Source of the DNA: Raillietiella orientalis
Lineage: Eukaryota
Direction of reading: 5' to 3'
Length of the DNA: 64,000 bases
NCBI GenBank assembly: GCA_036172245.1
Contig: JAYWIR010000012.1
Span: 4,340,001-4,404,000 of the forward strand
Shown here piece after piece: positions 37,801 to 49,800 of this stretch (position 1 is the first letter of the stretch; each line of letters starts with the position of its first letter). Below the pieces are notes generated by a model, which had not been told where the DNA came from, did no database searches, and was given only the letters and a program-made list of their open reading frames with translations. A program made the position numbers and the translations under genes.

Positions 37801-40800
37801 CTCGATCCCCGGTGGGGAGGCGGTGAGTGAGGAAGCGGGAAATGGTGCGGGGGTGGGATGGGAAGGCGGCGGCAGGAGACTGGCGTAGGAATCTGAAGGG
37901 GCGCAGGAGGGCTCCCGGTCTCCAAACCGAGGAAGCGGCAGCTCGAAAAGGCTTGAGGGAGCGTCCGGGAGCCATCAGCATGCGTCTCCGCGAAAGCTCC
38001 GCCTGCTGATGCGCGTTGGCGACGACGGTACGACCTTCTCGCATACGGGTGGGGAAAGGGCGCGAAGGGCGTGCACCGCACGGAGGAGAGGGTTATCTGA
38101 ATCAGGGTGGGTGATGGTGCGGAAGTGGACCGATTCAAAAGTATCGGAGCAGCGCTTGGCGCGCATCGAGGCTCTCTGCAGGATTCTTCTGGAGGGATGC
38201 TTGGATTTGAAGCTGGTCAGCCCTAGTTCGTAGGGGCAGGATAAAAGGAAGAGACTGTGAGTGGCTTGAAGCGAGAAAGCGTGCGTGCGGAAGTGGAGAC
38301 TGCACGAGTGCGTCTTACCCGAAGCGAGTGATCCAGCCAAGGGACCTCTCTAAGGCGGTAAGCGGCTGGAAAGCACGAAAGGAAGGCGAAGCGGCAGCGT
38401 GCGCTTCTGCGGAACGGGGGAACCGCCGAGAATCGGAAATTCTATCTGATCTGAGCAGGGCTGGTTAAGTCAGCCTCAAGAAGTACGAAAAACTCCGGAA
38501 TCTCAGGAGGTGCGCTGCGACCGGATATGCCGCTGCCACTTCCAGAGGGCACTGGGATAGGTCGCGACGGGGCTTCTCCGGGCCCAGGCGAGTCCTTATC
38601 CCATGAAAGGCCACGAAGGCGACGACGACAATGAATTCAGCCCCACCCCTCCAACCGTCCATCCCAGCGATCCGGAGATTTGGGGAAGAACTGACTTGCG
38701 AGGGGAGCACGTTCGTGAACGGATGGTCAGATTTCTGCAGTCATCTCGTCTTCCTCACGATGCTGCGATGTAGACTCCGCCGCGCACGCGCGCCGCTTAC
38801 CAAAGAGCATATGCTGAGGTAAAGGGGGGGAGGGTGCGTGGGAGAGGCACGCTGTCAGGTATACACGGAAGCCTGTGGCAATCATCGAGGTGCACACTCG
38901 GCCGGCAACAACAGAAAGAACCAATTCTGGGGAAGGGGGAAGGGAGGGAGTTTGGTGGTAAACGGGAAGGATGGACAGTGTTCCCTCCGCTTCTTCTAAT
39001 CCCCGTCATTTCCCCTGGGCTCCAGGGATCTCCACCTATAGGACGGTAGCGCCAGAGTTGCGTCACCGTCTGCGGAGTCTGGGATGCCGCCGGCCTGAGG
39101 TGAACGGGAACGCCCCGCGTGTGTGCAAGGTCTCACGTGGCCGCTTTCGGTGCAGCCACAGCTCAAGATGATTCATCTTGTGCTGGAATCTCAGCTGCGA
39201 GTGACGACACGTCTCGGGCACTGCTCTTCGTGCTTGAGCGGGTGCTCCCCCCGTGGCAGCGTTCTGCCTCGCATCGGTCTGCTTGAGCGCTGTGCCTCCA
39301 CCACCGACCCGAAAACCACGCTCTGGAAACGAGGGCCGTAAAGTCCCCCCTCCCCCTCCTTATTTCGGGTTCGCTGCAGCACGGCTGCGACAACTCGGTG
39401 CTCCCTTGCTCCTTCCTGCATCGCCAAGAGACGATGATCTCTGAATCCCGCCGATCCGTCTGCCTGCTCGGAAACGGAGACGGCAGCACAGCTGCCGCCC
39501 TCGCGCTTGCCCATTTCGGCCAGCCTGTCACTCTCGCTAGCAGAACAGCCGGTGGTTAGGAGGTAACGAGGGACCGCTGCAGAGGCTGCGCGAGATGCTG
39601 ACTCGCCGAGTGCCATCCTCAGACTTTTGTCCGCTTCATCGCGAGCGCTCAAGCACCTCCGACGGGAAACAGCAGTGGTGGGGTTGTGCCTCGAGGTCCG
39701 CCGACGGTTTCGCTTTGAGGTTACCGGATGCAGCGTCAAACGAAAAAGATGCATCCCCCAAATGCATAAAACCAAATCAAGGGAGCGGAGGTACTCTGCA
39801 GCATCCGGAGCTTTTCCCGTTTTTTTCGTTTCCGTTTGGCTTCCTGGAAGGGTTCTGGCTTTCCAGGATTCGCTGGAAGCCGTCAATGCTCTACAGTTCA
39901 AAGATGCTGAGTGTCGATTCCGCTTTGCCTGAGGGCGAAGATTCAAGGTTCCGAAGGGAGGGGTTCCGAAGTTCGTGCTTTTTCTGCCTCTGCTTGGTTC
40001 CGATCAAAAGCGCTCTTCTTGTACATCTGGGAACTCACCATGCGAAGATCCTGATCAAGGTGGAGCCTCTGATAATCCTCACGAACTGAGCTCGGTTTCC
40101 GTAAACGCGGATGCTGGTTAGATGACTGCATCCTCCGGCTGGTCTTCGTTGGCTCTGAGGTTCGCTGCCATTGAGGGGTTCTTCACTACGGCGCCCCCAC
40201 TCGCGGCAGCACGCGGGAGTTGCAGGGTCGCTCCCGGACCCTACCCAGATCACTAGAGAGCGGTTTCCGGCATGCAAGTCGCCCAGGATTCTCGGTTTCC
40301 GGGAGCGTTTCAGGGAGGACTTCTTCCCAAGACGCCTGTTACTCCACGCAGGAACGCGCATTTTCGAACGGACCACTCTCTCGAGTCATCCGAACACGAG
40401 GACTTTAAAAGAACGCACGAGAGCAAGTTCTGCATTCTGAGTCCAGCGGCAACACGGGATGGTGTTTCGCACTTGCAGGTGCACTCTCCGCGCGCAGATG
40501 AAAGGGATGGTGGACGTGCAGGTCTAGTGGTAGCAAGACGCTGCGAGGTCCTTCTACGACTGAACTCTGAGTATCGCGCGTCCATCGAAGAGCGAGAAAA
40601 ACTTTCGGATAGCTTTCGAGTCAGGCAATCTGAGCACTAGCCATTCATTTCCTTTATCAGGAAGTCCGCTGCAGTCCGTCGTTGTCGTCTTCACCAACCG
40701 CTCAAGTCACCGGATGACGCGCTTCTTTGGCTTGGCGAATCCGCACGATCCGCTCCCCATTCGCTTCCGGCTCGGGCAGAAGACCGGGAAGATTTGCAGA

Positions 40801-43800
40801 GAAAGTCTGTGCCTCGCTCGTCCCTTCCCTGAAAACACGCTCTCTCCTCGCGCGGCAAGCGCAATGGGAAAAAGGGGGACATCACGAGGCTTTACATAAG
40901 GCCCACCGCATGACTTCCACGGAGCCTCCAGAAGTCCACGGAGTAAAGAAAAAGAAGCGGAAGGCCACAGCCGCAGCTTCCGAGATTAACGCGTTTTCTC
41001 TCGCCGGCGCGGTTTCCAGGAAGGGCAAGGAGATGAGAGAGAAGAACGTTTGCAGATCACCGCCCAACTCGGAGCGCTTGCCTGATCGAAGGCGCGATTC
41101 GTCCGGTTCCTGGTGACCACCTTCCCAGCTACTGCAGCCAGTCTCGTGCGCGCGCGAGCGCACTGTCCTTGACCTGCTTATGAAAAGCCTTCCGCCCGAA
41201 ACTTTCGATGTGAGCGCTGGGGTGGGCACCCCTCCCACCCATGCGTACCCACTAGCCAGTCTCCCGACGGCTAATCGCTGTGACCTCAAGGGACACCGGA
41301 GGTACGGACGGTTTTTAGAGTAGCTTCCTTTCCCCACAGCCTATGGTGTCAGGGTGGGGAACAACGGAGCGATGGCAAACCCTCCTCAAGCGCCTTCTTT
41401 TCTTCGTGATCTTCCCCAAAGTCACGCGGAACAAGCGGTTCAAAAAAGGGAGACACGATCGATCTGAGACCATCACGGAGCGCCCCACTGCTGCCTTAGG
41501 CGGCCCATTCCCACTCCTAAGCTGGAACGCCCGCCGGGAACCACGAATAACGCTGCCGCCAACACACGTCGAAGCTTCTGGCCGTGCGAGGAGGAGACAC
41601 TGCGCTTTCGAAAGGGATGCGGAGGGGAATGAGGAAAATAGTGTGGGGGGGAGGGGGGCAATCTGATGCCGGAAGATGGATGTGGCTGATGAAGGACCAA
41701 CCATTCAAAGATTTTTTTCTTTTCTTCCCCTTCTGCTATACTAATGAACTCTCAAAAGCATCGAAGGTACAGGGCCGTCCATTCGGTCAGCCAACGAGGA
41801 AAGATGGTGCAGGAGAAAAGGTTAGGAATGAATCCCTCTGCAGGACCCGGGAGCAGCACCCCTGGTTGTGGATCGAAGAAGGAATCGGGCGAAATCTCGA
41901 AAAAACTTGCGGCTCACGAGTTGTTCATCTCTTCACGGTGCTTCGAGGGTCGATCCTACGAGCGCGAGCTTGTGCTCCCTCTTGGAGAATCCCGCGCGAG
42001 AAGTTCGCATCAGAGTCCCCTTGGAATGCCGGAAGATGCAACCCACGAGGCGCTCGACACCGCGCGATGCTGCGAGGACTTCCATCTCAAAGAATTGGCG
42101 CAGCACGGTCGAGATCCAATGAGACCCGGCTCCTCGGTTCTGCCAAATGGGACAGAAGCTTTCCTGCCGGAGCAGATGGGAGGCAGCCCCTAGACAACCG
42201 GGGGTGCGTATGCGGACCGTTCGCACAGCGGGTACTTCGCGAGCCCAGCGGCGGCTTCCGACGGGCTTTGGTGAAAGGGGCGTACCCGAAGCCTCGTCTG
42301 GGACGGGAACCTCCTCGGCAAGTTCGGTTTGGGGACGGATTCCCAGCCAGAGGCGATATCATCGAAGTCCGACGGCCGTCCTCGAAGTCGAACGGGTCGG
42401 CGAATGGGCGAGTGCGGTTACATCTGCGTGCTCTTCGCGTGGTGTGACCCGCGCAACGAGGAGCAAGTTGCAACGTGCGGAACGTTCCTCCGCGGTCGCG
42501 TTTCTCTCTCGTTTGCAACGCTAGGGCGGCAGGTGGAGACGAGGCCTCGTCTTTATCTGATCTGACCCCTTCGCAGCGTCGGCTAACGTTGGGTACCGCC
42601 AACCTGCATCCCAAAGTGAAAAGGTCGGCTAATTTTACGACGGTGGCCTTGTGCTGATAGGAAGGGAGGAGCATAGGAGCCATTCATCTTTTTATCTACC
42701 ACTAACCAAGACATGTAAGGCACGCTCGGTGCTGTTGCGGGAAGGCTCGCGGAGCAAACGATCCATGACCATCTTTAAGAAATTTCTTAAAGATGGTCCG
42801 TCGAATCCGACCACGTGCGTCGTCGCTCTTGCAGCCTCGCTGCTTCCGCACAGCTCCCGCAAACTTGCGTATCAATTGCAGCACGCTACGAGTTTAAAAG
42901 CATCTACCAGCGTCATGATGTCAAGTTTCAAAACCCCAATACAAATTAAAAAGGACAATGGGAACTGCCAATCATCTTCTGGGCCTATTCAACGGAAAGA
43001 GAAGCGCGCCTAAGCGAACGCGGACGCGCTCTCCTAAGGAACAGCAGTAGAACTAGAAATCGGGAAGAGTGCAGGCTTCACATGCTTCCCGGATTCTCGG
43101 GTCGCAGCTTGCTAATGCAGCAATACCCAAGAACCCTCCCGGAGGACTTCTTCGATGGACCAAGCTCTTCAGCATTCCACCAGAGGAGCCGGAGGTGCTC
43201 CCGGTGATGACAGATATCTCTCTCTTCTCCCTCAAGTGGCAGCATTTGGCGCTGCTGAAATTGCACTGGGGACTCCCATAGAACGCGCGCCGGCATCACT
43301 GGGCGCGGGGGAGTGTCGCGCAGAACTGCAACAGTTGCGGAGAGGTGGAACTCTTCCCGAGTCTGCTAGTGAACTGTGTTGCCTCCTGGGCGTTGTGGGA
43401 GCGCTTCGCCACGGCCCCTTCCCTCCCGGTGGACAACTCCAGGGTCGTTTTATAAAGCTCCTCTTTGTGCAGAGTGCACTCGGAGCGCTCTGCTGTTTGC
43501 GCGGTATCGTTGCTGGAGTTACGAGTCCGAGAGAGGACGCAACGACAGGGGAGCTGTCACCTTCGCCACCCGGCTCCTGAGGATCGCGACTAGATGGGCC
43601 TATCTACTCTCTGGGACGCCAGCAGGGGAGGAGCTTGCTGGACTCTTGCTTGGATGCAGAGGACCGGAGGGAACGGGCTCCCCAATCACAGAAACACCGG
43701 TGGCAACGCTTTAAAGCGGCTCTTCCTGCGCGACGCCATCACACCGGCCGCATCCCTAGTCGCACTTGGCTGCCTACGCGGGATAGTGGCTGCATGGGCC

Positions 43801-46800
43801 TATGCCAGAGGAGGCCAGAACGACAGGGACGCCATCTACTCTGCTGTCCTCTTCATAAGGATAGCGTCAAGATGGCCCCATCTGGGAGTCTTGAAACAGG
43901 AACTTGCCAGTATCCTTACAAGGATGCAAAGGACACACGCCAGCACACAGTGACCCCTTTCCAACTCCCCCAATTTTTTGTACTTTTTTTTATTTTTCTT
44001 TTTGTTTGTCTCCCCTTCCCCTGTGCTGCCGTGGCGAACCTCGCCGGCTCGCGCGCCGGTTCTCGGCAGGTTCTTTCTGTACGTTTTGTAACGTGGCAGG
44101 ATCACACGCATCTTGCCACTGATGTCTAAGTTTTATTTTTAATAAACAAACACCCTGGCGTGCCCGGGTGTCAAACCACAGAAATATTTTGTGTTTGCTT
44201 ATTTTTTACTTTTCTTCTTCTTCTTCCCCTATTCCCCTCCGTTCCGTTTACGAGCCTCGTCGGCACTCCCCAAGATGTTCTTCGACTCCGCGGGACGTCA
44301 TGTCCCGCCGTATGTGTACGTTTATTTTTAAAATAAACGCCCCGGAGCGACCAGGTGAAAACCCTCCTGAATTTAACAAAGAAAAGATTTCACAGACTAG
44401 GAAGCTGGCCGCACTCAGCCCCCACGACCCGAGGGCGACGTTTTACAAATCCATGGTTTCCCAAGGGTTCTCTCCACATTCAACGGACCATATACTCTCG
44501 CGCGAAAAGTCGAAGCTCGGAATCGCCCCCGAGAAGCGCGGCACGAGTTTATTGGAAGGAGACAAAAAGGGCGTCAACTTACAGGGAACGCGAGAAAAGA
44601 TAAAAATCACCTCTTACTGGATGCAGTGTTCACGGTGCTGCAGCAGCAGCTTCCGATTCACGAAAGCGCGCATGTTAGCAGCACAGATCACCCAAAGATG
44701 GTATCTCCAAGGTAATCGAAGATAAGGCACGTGGGCAACGGATATGCAGAGTCGAAGACTCCAATTTCCTGGATGTCGAAGCATCCATTTGTTGAGAGTA
44801 GCAATTCTACACGGATCGAATGTGATGTGCTCGACCTCCATTGCGTCGACAACTTTCGAGCGCAGCCAGTGCCCAGGCAAAAAAAAAAAAAAGAAGAAAA
44901 AAAAAAAAGCCTACACGGACACTATCGCCAACGATAGGCGAGAAGAGTAACTACACGCGAAGTGCTGCCTGGAAGGGGAAAAGGCATATGCGAATTCAGG
45001 GATGCCATATTTTTGGATACTCCGATGCCCTTCGCAGCAATGCATACTTTTTAACCACAGCGTTCCCAGATGAAAACATGGCTTGGAAGTTTTCAGCTGT
45101 GAAATTCGGAGAATGGCGGCCAAGATCCGACCTCGAAAGCAAACAGGACAGACATTCTACTGATTCACGTATGGTGCGTTCCATTCCTGGTTTAAACATG
45201 CGTTTCCTTTCGCGGTGGTTTGAGCTCTTTGAGCTCATTTCGGCTTTTAAAATAAAAAGCAAGCGTAACAACGAAAGTGCCATGAAAAGTGCTTTTCGTT
45301 TGGGACACGGCGCTCGCGGTTCTTGCGCTTCCTTTTTGCAGAAAATGTTTACAAGTTATCCCTTAGTGATAAGAAATATGAATATTCACGTGTTCATGCT
45401 GCTAACTGAGAAACCTCAAAAGGATACTTCGCAACTGTCTTAATCGTAAGAAAAGCAGGAAATGCATGAACATCCCGAGAACAAGTGAAATTACTGAAGA
45501 AGGTATTCGAATCCAAACAACTCTTTCTATCCCGTATTCTGGATTCAATGGCTGCTTTCCAACGCCAAGCAAGTTGCGCTCTTCCTACATGCTTATCTTC
45601 ACTTACTGTATACAGTATTCATTTTTGGTACTTGGCTAAATCCGGGGAGGCACTTTAACTGGACAACTGAAAAACGATCAAAATTTCCGCCTTTGCTCCC
45701 GGCGACGCTAAGCTTTCTGATTAGCGGAACTGAAGGTCGCTGCGATGTCACGACGAAAAGGAGAACGCTCTTCTTGCTAACGAGCGAAAACAAAAACGCG
45801 GGGGGCTCCGTGAATGAAGATTTTGTGAATGAAGTGATGTTCGACTGATTCCAAGAACGTCAGCATACAAAGCGGAAGCTGAGAGCTCTTCGCAGAAGCC
45901 CATTTCTCAAGTTGAAAACGATGGTTTCTGTCGGTGATGATAGAAACCACCTTCCGAACTACTCTGTAACAACCTCTTTTTATTACAGTGTGCTTACTAA
46001 GTAATTTTCTGCTATCTGAGATACGAGTCGATGCTGTCAACGTTCCTGAGTGGGAACAAAAAACTGAACCGGTTGTGCAGTATCAGTTCACCAAGAGGAA
46101 AGAATCGCAAAGCTTTGGGGTAGGGTGGAAACGAACACATCGACTCTACTTTTATTGCGAATACTGAAGCAATGGTGACGGAAAAGATTTCCGTTACGAT
46201 CACTTTCTTTTCAGTCTAGAAACTCAGGAACAACAAACTCGGTCAGCACACTTTGTTCATGGATATTCCTAATTTCAAGCTGTCTCCTCCCCATGTAGAA
46301 AATACGCCAGCAACATCCGCTGCCTACAAAGAGAGCATTTTGCCGGTAGCAAAAGCAGGATGCGGTTTGAGTAATAGTAGGATAGTTACAAGTAACCTTA
46401 GTTACTAGACGCAACAGAAATCAAAGTTATAAGAACAAGGCTTTAAGCAGTTCCGGGCCAGCCTCCGAGCAATACCTGCTATTCAGATAGGCATCGGAAG
46501 ACCTCAGTCACTGATCTTAACCAGAGTTCGAGCATAAGCTTCGAGTCAATCGGAAACTGAAGTGTGACCGATATGAATGGCATAAAATCTCCTATCCACA
46601 AAGTTGTTTCCAGACATACTTTAGCAGGAGCATCGGAAAATTTATATATCCGAAAATTATGAACCTTTTATTCGTGTATAAATCACTTTTAAGTGAAGGA
46701 AGGTTCCATCATCGCAAGTGTTGAAGTCAATGTATATATGAAAAAAAAAAAAAAAAAAAATGAAAATAAGAACGAACAAAACAAAACAAACGAAAGGAAG

Positions 46801-49800
46801 AAATCGTTCTGCCTACCTTCGCCGGAATTCGCTAGGAGCAAAAGATTGACCGTAATGATTTAATGAGGTAATCTGTTGTTAGCAAACATTTGCTTGTTGT
46901 CGCCTTGTTAATTAAAGAATGTCAAAGGATGTTTTCAAACCGTGTACGGAGCACACGGTAACTGCAACGCAGGTACGGAAGCTTGGGCTGTTTGATCCGG
47001 GGGACGGTTTCCGCGAAATGCGGATGTGGCACCCATCGCAAGAGATGCGGACCTACTTTACTGCGAAGCATATCTGTGCGCTCACCCGTCGTGCCACCCT
47101 GGTTTGCAAACCTGCTGGCCCCGCTTATCGTGTGGCCTGGAAAGTTTTCCTCTTAAGGGAATGCAGAAATTTTACCCCTCCACCACTGCGCAGTTCTGCG
47201 TTCTTCCTGGGCGAAAATACTGCTGCCAGTCCTAACACCGATTTTTGCAGCCAGGAAAAACACTAACTATGACGGATGACACGCAAAAGGATGAATCGTG
47301 CTTTGATGTGATGCTTTTGTACGATGCGTGCAAGTACGATTCCCCACAAAATTAGTCTTCTGAGAGAGAATTCACGGGCACGAAGCTTTTGCATACCTTA
47401 ACGAGCAGTGATTCAAAGGTTCGGGAGCAGAGTGTCCCAGAGTAGGGCAAACGTATGAAAATTTAGCACGACACTTCCAATTAGATTCATTCGTTTTAAT
47501 GAATTAACTGCGGTGCAGGCACGATCATTCAACGACGGGCATTACCGGTGCTGCCTTTTTTCCACTTTTTAAATCTTTGGTACATTCGGAAGAGGGGCGA
47601 AAAATAGGAGAACAAGTATCTAGTATACCTTTGTACTGTCCCTCTGTGTATTGTTCTTTTCAGCACCTTCCCGTCTGGTTTCTTCGAGCAACCTATCTAT
47701 CTTTGCTCGCTCGAGTTCGAGTTCGTTAATGCCGCTTTCCGCAGTTAGAAGGGTGCGTTGGAGTTCAAAAACGGTCTGCCTTTTGACTCCATTTACAGGT
47801 ATATCTGAAACCAGATATCTGTGAATTAAACAGGCATGGTGACAAAACGTCGATGCAAAACAGTCAACTGCGGAAGGCACTTGTTTGCTCTGTCAGCTGG
47901 ACCGGCAGCATTCAACAGCCGCGGAGTAACGAAGGCAACCCTCTCGATTGACGGGAACTTTGAGCCCAGAGTCGAGCGGGCTCCGCCATATTTATCCACG
48001 GAATCACCGGGCTCCTGCCCGTCTCCCGTAGGAAAATACGTTCACTCAATAGACGCAGACAGTAGCGGAAAATATGAGAAACATTAAGACGACAACGGTG
48101 ATTTTTCATTCGAGGATGACTTATTCCGCGAAGGAAAAACTTCGAAGCAAACACGCGATGATCAACGCGAGCTTGTTCGGAGACGTACATTTCAGCAGGG
48201 GTCAAAGACAGCATAAGTTTTCTTCTAGCGCTTGAAAGCGAACGTTTCGAGTGTGCTCTGCTCTTAGGCATTCCTTCGTAAAATTGCAGACCACTGAAGG
48301 GTCAGCGCAATTTGCGCAGCAACACGGAGGACCGACGCAAGAGCGCAAGCAGAGAAGATTCAGCGAGGACATTCGAAGATTCTTTTCCATCCGCTAACAT
48401 CTCGTGAATCTTTCTCGGTAAATTACAGTTCGTTACTCTATACTACAATTCAAGGAAATGGCGTGCAACTTGAACTTCCTTTCTGTGAAGGCCAGGGTTC
48501 CGATTCTTTGTGCCGATGTCCGGAGCTTGGGAGCACATCCACTTCTGTTTCCGAAAGGTACAGCAGTTTAAATCTGCACAGAAAAATTCTGCAAATTCGT
48601 ACTGAAACTCTTCAATTCTAAGCTGTGAACCTCGTTCGTTGCTGGGTTTGCTAGGACTTTTGCATCATAGGACACTACCCCTTCCCCGCAACGACACAAG
48701 GAAGGCTTCATAATATAAGGATTATTAAAAAGAGCTCGGTGCCTCCGGGCGGTAGACAACGACAACGAGGCATTCGAATAACCGCTCTGAACACACACAT
48801 GCTCTTCTCCTCGTGTACATGAAAGCTAACCACTGTCATCATCTTCTTTTCGGTCAGGTTACCATAGTCAGTAGAGTAGCATACAGCCAACTAATGGCAT
48901 TATCTACTTGCCAGACTTCACAAGGTACACCAATGCCGGTTTAATCATGCAAACGAGCAAAGTAAGAATTTTCCATTGGTTTTTTCTCCTTCTTCTTTTT
49001 GGAACCTTCAGTGCGACTGGTTATCTGACATTCACTTTCGGAGAGGAATGGAAAGGAATCGATGCAAACACAAGCCATCTCCCACACAGAGAAACGAGAT
49101 CCACGACAAGGAGGCAGCGAGTTAGCATGTGGAAGTGGGAGGCAGATGGAGCAGTTTCGAATTTCTAAAAATTCGTTCATATGTTTGAGCGAAAAAAAAA
49201 AAAAAAGAAAAGAAGGATAAAGCAGAAGAATTAGGAAAGACAAAGTTCATCCGCTTACGGAAGTTTACCTGCAGAACTAAGAACGTGTTCGAGTTGGCAC
49301 TTTCTGCCCAGCTTTTCCGTACGCCACCTTTCTCGGATTTTGATGACACGTTCGATCGCAATAACAGGAACTCTGGCACGGTTACTACGTAATTATTATT
49401 ATTCTTGAATTTATCTCTGCGAAGTATGAGAGTTTGCGTTTTACGTAGAAACGCAGGATGCTTCGACAACAGCGCCCATTCCTCACAAAACACTGTTAAC
49501 CAGATCGTTCTGTTTCGCCGATCACATGCCTGAAACTTCTGGGACCCTGGTGGCTTGTTCGACATGTTAAGGGGCACCAAAGTTCTGAAACATGCTTCTT
49601 CTTTTTCTTTTTCTTTTTCCTCTTGTATTCCTCCCCTTCGAACATCGCATGCCTCTCCACTCTCCACCGCACTTCTGCGCTGAAAGAGTGCCGCGGAATT
49701 TGCAGACTTGGTCACATGAAGCAGCACCTTCTGTGCAGAACGTTTGGTGATGGCTGTGGAGATCTCTCTACCCGTGGATAAATTCGTCATATCTGACTTC

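Larger units (their letters stand above)
40200..44365 (+). mobile_element. Decayed long LINE copy (copy A) inside the last Nervy intron, antisense to the gene
   Basis: [12 protein letters not shown] (cf. KSPGxDGFxxEF), LLRLNSEYR (cf. SLLNxDYK), [19 protein letters not shown] (cf. RGxRQGDPxS), LLKLHWGLP...[18 protein letters not shown]...[13 protein letters not shown]; terminal motif 44333-44363. The 5' part is much less certain than 43100 onward. Confidence 0.65.

Noticed and set aside
48202..48390. Cys-rich ORF ([13 protein letters not shown]) as the Nervy MYND finger
   Set aside because: Lies upstream of the NHR3 exon and lacks MYND spacing; the true MYND exon is at 34897-34733.
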